Assembly (NCBI GenBank): GCA_963717145.1
Contig: OY970325.1
Location: 4,224,001-4,288,000 of the forward strand
Origin: an uncultured Armatimonadetes bacterium
GTDB taxonomy: Bacteria > Armatimonadota > UBA5829 > DTJY01
Direction of reading: 5' to 3'
Length of the DNA stretch: 64,000 nucleotides
Shown: one piece after another, positions 1-10,707 of the stretch
Layout: each line of letters opens with the position of its first letter
Numbering within the stretch: position 1 is the stretch's first letter
Program-made: the position numbers and the translations under genes
Notes under the pieces: generated by a model
Databases searched by the model: none
The model's input: only the letters and a program-made list of their open reading frames with translations
What the model was told of the DNA's origin: nothing

Positions 1-481
1 CCACCGCGACGAATCCGAATTGCGAGAAGAGCCGCACCCAATAGCTCGGCCACTGCTCGTTGATGTGGTGCTGGCCTCCCTGTCCCGGCACGGCAGCCGA
101 CAAGAGGACTACGGGGGCGAGCGAGGTCAGGAACCGCACGAAATCCTCCGCCGCATCAGGGCTTAGATGCTCAGCGCATTCGAGCGACATGGCAAGATCG
201 AAGGTCCTCCCCACGGGCACGGGATGCTCCAGGTCCATCGGCACAAAACGATCGGCATCGATCCGGAGTCGTGACCTGTCGACGTATTCTCCATCGATGC
301 CCATCGTGTCAGGCACCCCGGTCTCCTGGAATGCTTTCAGCCAGGAGCCGGATCCGCAGCCTACGTCGACGACACTCTTCGGACTGATGATCTCGGCGAC
401 GATCGGCGCCACCAGGCGTGCGGATGCGTAGGAGCTTTCGCTCTGTCGATCATAGAACCAGGTATCATATCTGCCCGCCAT
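1..481 (-). CDS. Class I SAM-dependent methyltransferase (runs off window start)
   Basis: Manual translation from ATG at 481: MAGRYDTWFY...SVVDVGCGSGSWL...FDLAMSLECAEHL...SAAVPGQGGQHHINEQ; motif I DxGxGxG. Confidence 0.85.
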   Translation of the reverse strand, partial: MAGRYDTWFYDRQSESSYASARLVAPIVAEIISPKSVVDVGCGSGSWLKAFQETGVPDTMGIDGEYVDRSRLRIDADRFVPMDLEHPVPVGRTFDLAMSLECAEHLSPDAAEDFVRFLTSLAPVVLLSAAVPGQGGQHHINEQWPSYWVRLFSQFGFVAV

Positions 482-555
482 AGTCTACTCCGTCGGTCCG
501 GCCTTCACGACCTCGAGATGTATTCGACATGCTGAGCCGGTTAGGATCTTCGCGG

Positions 556-1605
556 TTATCTCCCGCGAAACCGCTCAGGAGATCTCTGTCCGCACATGAT
601 TCCAAACACGAGGCGTGCGCTGCTCCACTGCCGCCTGAGTATCCTCCTGAAAAGGCTTACCAGCAGGCCCAGGTAGACCGTGGGCAGCGCATACGGAAAG
701 AATTTGCGTGTGAACACCAGTCTGTTTCTGATGAAATAGTAGTCCGATAGCAGACTCTTGGACTTGCCGGAGCACCCGTTGATGCTGGCCCCCTCTTTGT
801 GGTACACGATGCTGTGTGGGGCATACGCCAGCGTATACCTGGGGCGGAGTCGCATTGCCCAGTCGAGTTCCTCGAAGTACAAGAAGTAGTCCTCACTGAT
901 CAGGCCGATGTCCTGCAGGAATGGCCTTGATGCGAGAAGGCAAGCCCCATACACGAAGGCCATCCTCTCCTCTTCAGCGTGCACATCGATGCACTCCAGA
1001 TCGCGGTCTTTCAGGCTGAACTGCCGAGATCTCCGACCACCGATCCACTTGTTGTAGAGACCGCCGCCCAACATACGTATCCTATCAGGATCATGATAGC
1101 TGACTACCGTAGCTCCGCACATCCCGGCATCCGGCTTCTCGGCCATGCGTGAGATCATACGCGAGAGGGCGTCAGGTCTCACTACCGTATCGTTGTTCAG
1201 TAGCCAAACGTACTCGAAGTCGCCTCTTGCCAGGGCATATCTCAGACCCACATTGTTGCCGCCGGCGTAACCCAGGTTCTCTCCAGTCCGTATCAGGATC
1301 AGTCGTGCCCCTCTACCCTCGGCAGGGTACCCTTGCTCTGCCTGTTCCCTGTCGATCTCGAGATAGTGAATCGGCTTGGGAATATGCGGATAGGATAGAT
1401 TCCTCAGCGGGTTCATCTCTGGCACATCGGCATTCAGTCGCCCATCCGCCCAGTCCTTGATGCGTTCAATCGAGCTGTCCTCGGATGAGTTATCGCATAC
1501 GATGACTCGATAATCTTGATAGTCGGAATGAAAAACGCTCTCCAGGCATTCTATGGTATCCTGCCAGCCATTCCAGTTCAGGATGATGACGTAGACGCGG
1601 TTCAT
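556..1605 (-). CDS. Glycosyltransferase family 2
   Basis: VYVIILNWNG, VCDNSSED, NLGYAGGNN, WLLNNDT, YFLYFEELDW; ATGA overlap with upstream stop. Confidence 0.92.
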   Translation of the reverse strand: MNRVYVIILNWNGWQDTIECLESVFHSDYQDYRVIVCDNSSEDSSIERIKDWADGRLNADVPEMNPLRNLSYPHIPKPIHYLEIDREQAEQGYPAEGRGARLILIRTGENLGYAGGNNVGLRYALARGDFEYVWLLNNDTVVRPDALSRMISRMAEKPDAGMCGATVVSYHDPDRIRMLGGGLYNKWIGGRRSRQFSLKDRDLECIDVHAEEERMAFVYGACLLASRPFLQDIGLISEDYFLYFEELDWAMRLRPRYTLAYAPHSIVYHKEGASINGCSGKSKSLLSDYYFIRNRLVFTRKFFPYALPTVYLGLLVSLFRRILRRQWSSARLVFGIMCGQRSPERFRGR

Positions 1606-2696
1606 CCGTTTCCCCCGCATATGCACGCCTCAAAGGCATCCACGGCCCGGCTCCAGGTGAACTGCTGAACGCACCGCTGACCGTCTCGGGCAAGACCGAT
1701 GCGGAGATGATCGTCTCGCATCAGCCTCAGGATGTTTCTCGCGAGCGCCTCAGGGTCCTTTGGCGGGCTCAGAAGGGCTGTCTTCTCATGCGCCGCATAG
1801 ACTCGCACGCCGACACTGTCAGTTGTGGCCAAGGCTGCGCCACAGGCCATGGCCTCGGCTCCAGGCAGACCCCATCCCTCGTAGTGCGATGCTTGCACGA
1901 ATATGCTGGAGCTGTTATGAAGATCGGCCAGTTCTCGATCCGAGGGACGTCGATGGTACTCGACCCAGTCAGGCAGACTTTCAGAACGCGATCCGAATGC
2001 CCACACCCGCATACCCGAGCCGACCGTTGAGCGGACGATCTCCAGGGCTGCGATGGCATCTGTTGTCCCTTTGAATACTTCGTGACGCGCAGGGAACCCA
2101 ATCGAGGTTCTGATGCCATCGTCCACGGGGTTCCGCAGCACGTACACATCGAGGTCGAGCCCGTTAGGTATATACTCATCGACGGAAGCTCCGCATTGTT
2201 CGAGCATCTGCACTCCCGCCGGTGACGTGACAATATTGCGCATCCCTGCCCGGTAGGTCGCCGCCATTCTCGACCGAAGAGGTTCGTTGGCTGTCATGTA
2301 GTGCTCATAGTCATGGATCAGATACAGCTTCATTCCTTTTCGGGCGGGGAAGCATTGCACCCATTCCGCCGTGTGCCACGAAGTGGCAACCACTACCTCG
2401 GCATCTGCAATCCACCGGGGATCCGGGCTGGGCAGCCATCTGAGTCGGACTCGGGGTTCCAGCCTGAACCAGGAGTCCGGTCGGTAACCTCCATCGACGC
2501 CGATTGATCTCGCTGTATAGGCCAGCAGCCGGTGAAGTGCCGAGCGAGTCGAACGATCTCCTCGCTCCTGATAGGGCGTGTGTACGAGGGTGACCTCGTG
2601 TCCACGCCGCGTCAATTCGTTGGCATACTGGTACACGACTTTGAACCCGCCAACAGGTCTTGTGCCGTGCCCCGGTAGAACAAAGGCAATCTTCAC
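1602..2696 (-). CDS. Glycosyltransferase family 4 (GT-B)
   Basis: MKIAFVLP..GG N-terminus; YEGWGLPGAEAMACG (ExxGxxxxE) motif. Confidence 0.92.
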   Translation of the reverse strand: MKIAFVLPGHGTRPVGGFKVVYQYANELTRRGHEVTLVHTPYQERGDRSTRSALHRLLAYTARSIGVDGGYRPDSWFRLEPRVRLRWLPSPDPRWIADAEVVVATSWHTAEWVQCFPARKGMKLYLIHDYEHYMTANEPLRSRMAATYRAGMRNIVTSPAGVQMLEQCGASVDEYIPNGLDLDVYVLRNPVDDGIRTSIGFPARHEVFKGTTDAIAALEIVRSTVGSGMRVWAFGSRSESLPDWVEYHRRPSDRELADLHNSSSIFVQASHYEGWGLPGAEAMACGAALATTDSVGVRVYAAHEKTALLSPPKDPEALARNILRLMRDDHLRIGLARDGQRCVQQFTWSRAVDAFEACICGGNG

Positions 2697-2773
2697 GTCA
2701 GGCCCCTGTGTATGCTGATTCCGGACAACACTCCTAGAACTCGCCCCAGATCCGATAGTGTCATATCTGTCGT

Positions 2774-4338
2774 CTACACCCCAAACGCTCTCAAGATCCG
2801 GACAACGGTCGGGTCCCTGCCCAGGATCTTTCGTTCGTCGTCATCGAGCGGCTTCCATCGGGCCAGAAGGAGCGCATATACCGCGAGATAAGCAAGGCCG
2901 CCGCCCAGGAGTTCCGGAATCGTCCCCGGTCGAAGAAGCGAGAAGGCAGCCATGCACACTCCGGACACGATCAAGGCTTTCGCTATGAAACCGAGCGGAT
3001 ATCCATTTCGCATGGCCGCCGGCGTCAGTGCAAGCTCCAGAAGGGCCGCAACGACTGCGGCCAGGCCGATCCCGATGATTGCGCCAACGGCCCCGTACCT
3101 GAGGATCAGCCAGCATGACAATCCGAGATGCAGTACCGCAGTGCCGGCTCGCATGTAGCCGACGGCCCTGTGCTTGCCCAGCGAGTAGAGCAGGTTGGTC
3201 GTCAGCCCGGAGCCGGCCAGTAGTGCAACCAGTGATAGTATAGCATATATCCTGAGCGAGACGGCAGCCGTGGCGAACTCCCGGCCGAACAGCCCGATGA
3301 CCAGAGGATTTGAATGCCAGGCGACGAAGACGAGTATCGGCGCTGCTATCGCCGCACTCAGCTTTATGTAGATGCGGTAGGGCAGCACCATGCTGGATGC
3401 TCCGGACTTCGCTCTTAGCTCGGCAAGTGACGGCAGTACGGAGACCGACCAGCCAAGGATGAGCGCCTGCAGGCGGGAAAGCGGCACGAAAGCGCAGTTG
3501 AAAAAGGCGACCTCTCGCTGACTCCCCAGCAGCCAGCAGATCAGGATCACCACAATGTTGCTGCTCATCGAAAACGCGCTCAGTCGGACGAGCCATGCCG
3601 AGGCTGCGAACCGCCAGATCGGCGCCGTCTCCGTCTGGGGAGCCGGCCTCGTGAACAGCCAGCGCCGTGATACGATGACAAACGCCACCATGCCGAGCAG
3701 GAAGGCGAGCGCCGCCGCCGCCGCAGCCGCCGCTCCGGTGGCCTTCCCCACGTACACGAGCCATATGGCCCCGTCGCCGACAGGATGTTCACCAGGCCGG
3801 TGATCACAAACACAATCCGGGCTCTCCACAGCCCGATGTTCAGGGAGGACAAGAGGGCAAATACGGTCTGGCTGAAGACCAGGACAGCAATGATCGGGTA
3901 CAAGCCACTCAGCCCCGGATGCTGAAGCGCCCGACCGATCTGCTCCCTGAAGACCCAGAGCAGAACGCAACACAGCGATGCCAAGAGCAGGGCGACGCCG
4001 ATGATACGCCGAGCCATCGCGGCGATAGCGTCATGCCTCCCCCCGCTGGCGAACTCAGAGCCGAACTTGTGCAGGGTGTCCGAGAATCCGAACATGGCGA
4101 TCATGTTGGCCACGGCAGTTACGCTGACTATGACCCCGAAGATGCCGTATTCCGTCGGGCCGAGCTTGCGGATGACGAGAACGAGGAATAAAGCGCTTGT
4201 TCCTACCTCGACGATGCGAAGGAGCTGCGTCCATACGAAAGCCCTGCCTACGCGGGCTGTGAAGTCGGGCTGAGGAGCATTCAGCGACTGCTCGGCCTCC
4301 GAATCGATCACATCTATCGGTGCATCTTGAGGCTTCAT
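2774..4338 (-). CDS. Wzx-type oligosaccharide flippase (split by 1-nt indel near 3770)
   Basis: ORFs 3580-4491 and 2774-3973 join into one multi-TM protein (RKLGPTEYGIF..., LFGREFATAA) if one base is added to the C4 run at 3769-3772. Confidence 0.8.
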
Positions 4339-5630
4339 GCCGTGTTCCTGATCTGCTGTCGTGCGATCGAGCACGCGATAAGCGCCAGTCCGATCACCAG
4401 CCAGTAGTTCATCGATGTTGGGGGCATCAGCATGACACTGTCGATGGCGAGTTGGACAGAAGACCCGATGACCCCCGCGGCGAGTGCGCATCCCATCTGA
4501 GCCTCAAAGGAGTCGAGCGGCCGGCACCATCGCCAGGCGCAGGCGAATACTCCGAACACGACTCCGAGTAACGGCAACAGTCCGATCAAACCCATCTTCA
4601 TCCCGATAGTCAGCAGGGAGCTTTCAATGCCGTACATCGCGAACGGACCACTACTTATAGTTCCCCCCATCCCCCCTCCGACCAAGCCGGCCAGCAGCAA
4701 CCCGAGCGGATGCAGGCTGTTGTAGCTGGCAATCATCTGTTCCCAGATCGTGGTTCGGCCGGCCAAAGTCGGATCGAAGGTCAGCAGCCGTTCGCCAAGC
4801 TGCAGCAGATAAACGAACATGCCTCCGATGCCGACAAGGAGCACGCCCACGATCCGCAGGGCCAATGATCTCCTCAGCAGGACGCCCAGAAGGACCAGAG
4901 AGATCACGCCGGCCACGATGGCGCTCCTGGAGAGAGTCAGGAGCAGACAGACGAGGACCAATCCGAGAAAGACGGCGTATAGCCCCTTGCGTGATCCACG
5001 AGCGCCGTGGAAGAGCGCCGCGGGAATGGGCAGCAGAAGGGCGAGGTAGTAGCCAAACAGGTTTCCATTCTGGAACGTCGATACCACCTTGAGTCCCACC
5101 GCAGTCATGTTGTTCTTGAACTCAAAGGCATCGGGCGACTGAGCGTCCGAATATGCCATCGTGATCCCTGGGACCATAACGAGGTAATGGCCGAATATGC
5201 GCTGGCAGACCCCGTACACGCAGGTTATCGCCAGGGAGACGCCGAGCAAGCGGATAATGGTGCGGAAAGCTTCAGGCGTTGCGACATGACTTCTGATAAG
5301 AAAGAACGCGGGGACGAAGCCGAGCAGCGCAACCGCTTCGACAAGCATCTGCGTGGTAGGCGCTCCCCTCATTATGCCGACTGAGATCGAGACCAGACCG
5401 AATACCATGAAGGCGACCGCACTCCACGCGACCAAATCGTCGTAGGTATCACCGCTGGACAAACTGATTCTGACGCTGGATAGCGGCCGAAGACAGTATA
5501 GTCCGAGCAGCGCCAGGTAGAGGAGGATAGGCAGCGTGACGGGAATCTCCCCGACCTTTGTCCCGGCCCGGGGGATGGTCATGCTTGCCAGTATGGCAAC
5601 ACAGAGAAAGTAGTATCTGAAATGATGCAT
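4335..5630 (-). CDS. O-antigen polymerase/ligase family membrane protein
   Basis: Many TM helices; STFQNGNLFG, LLTLSRSAI, GRTTIW, GGGMG; polysaccharide cluster context. Confidence 0.8.
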   Translation of the reverse strand: MHHFRYYFLCVAILASMTIPRAGTKVGEIPVTLPILLYLALLGLYCLRPLSSVRISLSSGDTYDDLVAWSAVAFMVFGLVSISVGIMRGAPTTQMLVEAVALLGFVPAFFLIRSHVATPEAFRTIIRLLGVSLAITCVYGVCQRIFGHYLVMVPGITMAYSDAQSPDAFEFKNNMTAVGLKVVSTFQNGNLFGYYLALLLPIPAALFHGARGSRKGLYAVFLGLVLVCLLLTLSRSAIVAGVISLVLLGVLLRRSLALRIVGVLLVGIGGMFVYLLQLGERLLTFDPTLAGRTTIWEQMIASYNSLHPLGLLLAGLVGGGMGGTISSGPFAMYGIESSLLTIGMKMGLIGLLPLLGVVFGVFACAWRWCRPLDSFEAQMGCALAAGVIGSSVQLAIDSVMLMPPTSMNYWLVIGLALIACSIARQQIRNTA

Positions 5631-5668
5631 GGTAGTGGGCGGGTGATAATCTCACAAGCCTTGATTGA

Positions 5669-5742
5669 GGCTGTCATTCTGAGCGGAGTGAAGAATCTGG
5701 CCGTGCGGAGACAGATTCTTCACTCCGCTCAGAATGACAGCC
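5669..5742. repeat. REP-like inverted repeat, 31-bp arms
   Basis: ggctgtcattctgagcggagtgaagaatctg (5669-5699) / cagattcttcactccgctcagaatgacagcc (5712-5742). Confidence 0.9.
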
Positions 5743-5752
5743 GTCCAGCCGT

Positions 5753-7131
5753 TCAGCTCTTTGCGGGGCGCTCGCCTATAATGATGGCGCCGAAAACGCC
5801 GAGCATGACGCCCAGCATGCCGGCCCCGAAAAGCGTGAGCATCATCCTGGGGCTCGCCGGACTCCTCGCAGCGATGGCCCGGTCGAGCACGATGAAGTTC
5901 TCTGTGTCACGACCCTCGATCACTCGTGCCTTGGCCTGCTCGGCCAGGAGCGTGGTATAAACGGCCTCAGTGGTCTTCACATCACGGATCAGCCTCGCAT
6001 ACGCCATTTCCTCCACCGGAAGTCCGGACAACTGCTTCTCGAGGGCCGTCATCGCCTTGTGCATCGCGGACTGTCGTGATTCCAGGCCGTCTCGAGTCAC
6101 CTGGAGGAGAACCAACTGCTTGAGCAATTCCTGGTGGGCAAGGCTCGCGCTTCCGTCGGTCCCGGCTATGATGCCGGATACTTCCGATCCGATCTCCTTT
6201 TTCATCTTGTCTATCTGCTGGTCCAGGCTGACTACGTCCGGATGGATCTCGGTGAAATCCTCGAGGAGTGTCGCGCGCTGAACCTCCAGATTGGCCAGTT
6301 GAATACGGAGGTCGCTGATCGCCGGGCTGTCTATCACCGCTTCGGGCGCAATGCCCTCCGGGGCGCGGGCATCCCAGGTGCTGCGGGCCTGGGCGAGTTG
6401 CCCCGGATCTCCTGCAGGGCGATATCGGTTTCGGTCTGCGCCGACGTGAGTTCCAGGGCCTTCTCGCCGTATGCCACAGCTTCTTCCGGCGGGATCAGCA
6501 TTGGATGAGTTTCCTGAAAGTCCTTGAGCCGTTTCTCGGTCAGCGCGAGTTCCGACTTCGTGCGCCCAAGCTGCTCTTCGATGTAAAGGCGGTTCTTCTT
6601 ACCCTGGAAGAGAGTGCTCGATCGGTCATAGACTCTCAACTCGTCGATATAAGTATTCGCGATATCGGCGGCAAGCTGTGCGGTGCGGTCCTTCAACTCG
6701 GCATTCGAGGTATGGCCCTTGAGCCAGGATGTCGGCGACTGGCAAGCAAGGATCAGCCCGCCTTCCTTCGGCCTGTCGATGGTGATGCTCTGCTGCAGTT
6801 CTTCAGAGTCCAGTCCGTACCTGTCCAGGTTGAGGCGCTTGCAGACGTTTTCAGCGAGAGTGCGGCTGCTCAGTATGCTGTAATACACATCCGCGCCGGA
6901 CAGGCTCGGCATTCCGCTGGGCAGAGCAAAACCGGCGAGTTGGGCGAGCTGGGAACTGACGCCCATATTCGGTTGGTCGGGGAACAGGAGTCTGGTCTCG
7001 CCCTCATAGGTCCTGGGCATCAAAGCCAGTGCTATGCCGGCGAGCAGCAAAGTGACCACCGTCGTCAAGACGATGGTCCACTTGCGCCGCTTCAGTATTC
7101 TCAGATAGTCGAGAAGGCTGATCTCATCCAT
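5753..7131 (-). CDS. Wzz/GumC-type chain-length determinant (split by indel near 6402)
   Basis: MDEISLLDYLRILKRRKW N-terminus, coiled coil, FTEIHPDV, C-terminal VLDRA..P.SP+TM; one more base in the C4 run at 6401-6404 fuses both ORFs. Confidence 0.82.
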
Positions 7132-7140
7132 TGTGCATCA

Positions 7141-8767
7141 CTACTGTCTCTGCAACAGGGAGTTCAAACTCAGGGCGGTAAACAGGAGTTGGACTCCATC
7201 CCGCCAGTTGCTCACGAATGCCTGAGGAACGAAGACGATATCCCCCGGCTCCAATTCGGGATTGCCCTTGGTCGAATCGCCGCGAATTGCGCCCTTGATA
7301 TCGAACCTCATGATCTGGGGAGCTTCGACCGGGCCTCTGACGATGCTGACATCGGTCATTCTAGCTCGCTCGCTCGGTCCTCCTGCATCGCCCAGGTAGT
7401 CCACCGAGCCTCCGCCTCGGACTGTAGACGTATGCGCCGGGCCTCCGCACTTCGCCAAACACGTGGATCTTATCTGCGATAGCGGGCAAAATGAGTGAGT
7501 CGCCGTTGACCAGCGTCACATCCGCGGCCCCGTCGTTCGCCACGAGCAATCGCTCGAGATCGAGGGGAATCCTGCGGGCCTTCCCGTCCTCCACACGCTC
7601 GATCCGCGCCCGCTTGAGATCGGCCTGAGGAGTCACGCCGCCGGTGGCGGAGATGACATCGAGCACGGTCTGCCCGCGCTTGAGGAAGTATATCCCGGTC
7701 CTGTTCTCCACGTCGACCTCGGTAGTGCCCGGAGTCCGCTGATACACCCCATCGCCTTTGAACTCGCCGATCAGGCGGAGCATCGGCTGGAACGCCTCGA
7801 TCGACGGAATGACGAGAACGTCGCCGGGCTGCAGGGAAGTCGCTTCGGACCCGTCTCGAAAATCGGCTGCGATCACCGACTTCTGCCCGTCTGCGTCGAT
7901 CCGCTCGATGGACGCTCTGTTCAGGGCGGCCGCGGGCGTCGCCCCGAGTGAGAGCTTGATCAGATCCGGAACGCCGAACCGGCTGCCATTGAAGGGGGTC
8001 ATCTCATAGCGCCCGGGACGTGTGACCTCTCCCTTGACCTCGACGTAATCCGTGACCGGCGGCACGTGGATCGAGTCGCCCGGTTCGAGCGGGATGTCGG
8101 CGTCGATGAGGCCGGTGATGGTCATCTTGTACAGATCGACGGTTCGCTGCTTCCCATCACGGGTCAGGGTGATGCGACGGGTCGATCCGGTCGGTTTGAT
8201 CCCTGCCTGGAGAGCGGCGAGGCTAACGGTCGAGACGGCTGGAAGAACCTGCGGGCCGGGGTTTTTGACCTCGCCGCTGATCCAGACGTTGACCGTTCGG
8301 ACCTGGGCGACCGACACGGTGACGTCGAACTGCCTGATGTACTTGCTCAGCTCGGCCCTGATCGCTTCCTCGAGTTCCGCGACGGTCCTGCCCGCCGCGG
8401 TGATCTTCCCAGCCAGCGGAAGGTTGACCTCGCCGCTGAGGGAAACGGTCACTTCATTCGCGTTCTCACCGGGCCCGGCGTTGGGACGAGCCACGTACTT
8501 GAGGGATGCCTTCCCCTGTACGTATATGCCGAGGGTGTCGCCGGCGCCGATGCGATAACCGTCCCTGGAGAGGACCGCCGGTATCCATTGTTCGAGATTC
8601 GTAATGGTGGAAAGCACTCTGTCGCCCGGCTTCTCGAGCATGGGCACAGGTACAGGGGCCGGCACGGCTGGAGCGACGGACATCTGTGCTTCGGCGGTAA
8701 GACAGACGCCGATCAGAAGCAGAGATACCAAGACTAGTGTGAGACTTACAGAGAACAGCCTAAGCAT
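7141..8767 (-). CDS. Polysaccharide export protein with SLBB repeats (Wza-like; indel near 7404)
   Basis: YRIGAGDTL, GEVNLPLAGKI, repeated V.GEV..PG and L..GD.I.VP; deleting one base gives RRRLVDYLGDAGG and joins ORF 7141-7458. Confidence 0.85.
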
Positions 8768-8833
8768 AGTTAGTAACACGAGCGAACGATGGCTGATGGA
8801 ACGCGACCAATATAGCACGCGCTCGTGGGGGTG

Positions 8834-9064
8834 TCAACCGCTGTCCGGAGCCGAAAGCCATTCCGCACGGCTCACATCTGCCTGCCGAAGGATGCGGCTG
8901 AGCAGATCAGGGCTGATGGAACCGCGGTGGGGGTTTGGAATCGTCAGAACGAGATCACCCTTGGTCATGTACAGGTGCTTTCCCCCGGCATATGGCCCAT
9001 CGAAACCCAGTCTCCTCAGCCGGAGGACCAACTCCCGCCATGACACGGGAATGAGCCTAGGCAA
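8834..9064 (-). CDS. hicA: HicA-family toxin (mRNA interferase)
   Basis: 76 aa; LRRLGF...GGKH..M...LTIPNPH...LLSRILRQA. Confidence 0.9.
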   Translation of the reverse strand: MPRLIPVSWRELVLRLRRLGFDGPYAGGKHLYMTKGDLVLTIPNPHRGSISPDLLSRILRQADVSRAEWLSAPDSG

Positions 9065-9308
9065 CTTTGAACTCCTCGGGTGCTTTCAGTTCAACACCAT
9101 CGATCGGCGGGATGGCTAGACCGCGAGACAGTCGAAAGAGTATCCATCCATCGAGTACCTCTGCCAGCTTCTCCCTGCACTCCTCAGAGGTTTTTCCGGT
9201 TGCCCAGACTCCCTTCAGTCCATCGATCTCTCCATAGAACGGCTCGTCATCGTGTATGGTCTCATATCTCGCCGTCCTCATGGCCGCTCGGACGTATTCA
9301 ATGATCAT
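9057..9308 (-). CDS. hicB: HicB-family antitoxin
   Basis: 83 aa; FYGEIDGLKGVWATGKTSEECREKLAEVL; overlaps hicA start. Confidence 0.88.
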   Translation of the reverse strand: MIIEYVRAAMRTARYETIHDDEPFYGEIDGLKGVWATGKTSEECREKLAEVLDGWILFRLSRGLAIPPIDGVELKAPEEFKVA

Positions 9309-9339
9309 GTAATTCCTCCAGACGCGGAAGGTCTCCGGA

Positions 9340-10200
9340 TCAACGCTCGCCGGACCTCTTTGCGGCCTTCAGCGTATTCCTGAGAAGCATCGCGATCGTC
9401 ATCGGGCCGACGCCGCCGGGGACCGGAGTGATCGCCGACGCCTTCCGCTCCGCTGCTTCGAATTCGACGTCGCCGACATCCTTGTCACGGCCTTCGACTT
9501 TGTTGTAGCCCGCGTCGATCACGATCGCGCCTTCCTTGATCATGTCGCCCGTGACCATCTCGGGCTTGCCGACTGCCGCTATGATGATGTCCGCCTGGCG
9601 GGTCATCTCCCCCAGGTCGCGCGTCCGGGTGTGGCATATGGTGACGGTCGCGTGGCGATTGAGCAGGAGGAGCGCGACGGGTTTGCCAAGGATGATACTC
9701 CGCCCGACGACAACCGCATGCTGTCCCTTGATCGGAAGGTCATAGCGGTCGAGCAGTTCGATGATCCCTGCGGGCGTCGCCGAAACGAACATCGGGTCGC
9801 CCGTCATCAGGCTTCCGAGACTGTGGCGGCTGATCCCGTCAACGTCTTTGTCGGGCGATACCGTGTCGAGTATGGCCTGCTCGTCGAGGTGCTTCGGGAC
9901 GGGATGCTGGACCATGACGCCGTGAATGCTCGGGTCGGCGCTGAGTGCTCGGACGATCTCGACCACCTGCTCCTGCGAGGAGTCTGCGGGAAGCTCGTGC
10001 ACGGTCGAGAGCATTCCTGCGGCGACGGCCGCTTTCTTCTTCATGCTGACGTAGACCTGGGATGCGGGGTCCTCGCCTACGATCACGACCGCCAGGTGCG
10101 GGGTGATGCCTTTGGTCGCGACGATCTCGGCCACTCCGGCCTTGATCTCCTCCCGAATCGCTTTCGAGGTTGCCAGGCCATCTAGGATGATTGCTGCCAT
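9340..10200 (-). CDS. folD: Bifunctional methylene-THF dehydrogenase/cyclohydrolase
   Basis: DPASQVYV..K, KDVDG, VVGRSIILGKP, ITPVPGGVGPMT. Confidence 0.97.
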   Translation of the reverse strand: MAAIILDGLATSKAIREEIKAGVAEIVATKGITPHLAVVIVGEDPASQVYVSMKKKAAVAAGMLSTVHELPADSSQEQVVEIVRALSADPSIHGVMVQHPVPKHLDEQAILDTVSPDKDVDGISRHSLGSLMTGDPMFVSATPAGIIELLDRYDLPIKGQHAVVVGRSIILGKPVALLLLNRHATVTICHTRTRDLGEMTRQADIIIAAVGKPEMVTGDMIKEGAIVIDAGYNKVEGRDKDVGDVEFEAAERKASAITPVPGGVGPMTIAMLLRNTLKAAKRSGER

Positions 10201-10201
10201 T

Positions 10202-10630
10202 TCACTGTGCCTCCGGTTCAATATTCATCTCGCGCGCGAGTGCCCCCAGGACGCCATTGACGAACCTGCCGGACTCGGCCGTACTGTACTTCTTTGCCAG
10301 ATCCACCGCTTCGTTTATCGATACACTCGCGGGGATGCCTTCCAGATAGACGATCTCGAAGATGGCCATGCGGAGAATGTTGCGGTCGACGGCCGGCTGA
10401 CGTTGAAGCTCCCAGCCGACCGAGAGCCGCCTGAGCACCTCATCGATCTTCGCCAACTGCTCCATGACGCCCTCCACCAGTACGCGCGCGAAATCCGCAG
10501 AAACTCCATCTATCTCGATGTTCTCGATGGCGGTCTCGAGCGCTTCCTGGGGAGGAATGTGCGCTACGTCAATTTGGTAAAGAACGTTGATGGCCAGTTC
10601 CCTGGCCGCTCTTCTGCTCTTGTTGCCCAC
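10202..10630 (-). CDS. nusB: Transcription antitermination factor NusB
   Basis: SRRAARELA..LYQ, DRNILR, INEAVDLAKKY, FVNGVL. Confidence 0.96.
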   Translation of the reverse strand: MGNKSRRAARELAINVLYQIDVAHIPPQEALETAIENIEIDGVSADFARVLVEGVMEQLAKIDEVLRRLSVGWELQRQPAVDRNILRMAIFEIVYLEGIPASVSINEAVDLAKKYSTAESGRFVNGVLGALAREMNIEPEAQ

Positions 10631-10659
10631 GTACTAGCTCCGATGCCGGATGTGGGGTT

Positions 10660-10706
10660 CTCTCACTCCCCACTCCGCATTCCCAATTCCGCATTCCGCA
10701 TTCCGA
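10660..10706. repeat. Degenerate heptamer tandem repeat (TTCCGCA)
   Basis: cactccgcattcccaattccgcattccgcattccga; same unit at about 36955-36980. Confidence 0.7.
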
Positions 10707-10707
10707 A

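Noticed and set aside
2774-8767. Pseudogenisation of the polysaccharide cluster
   Set aside because: Each break is a single indel of the type seen across the window, and both halves of each gene look intact.
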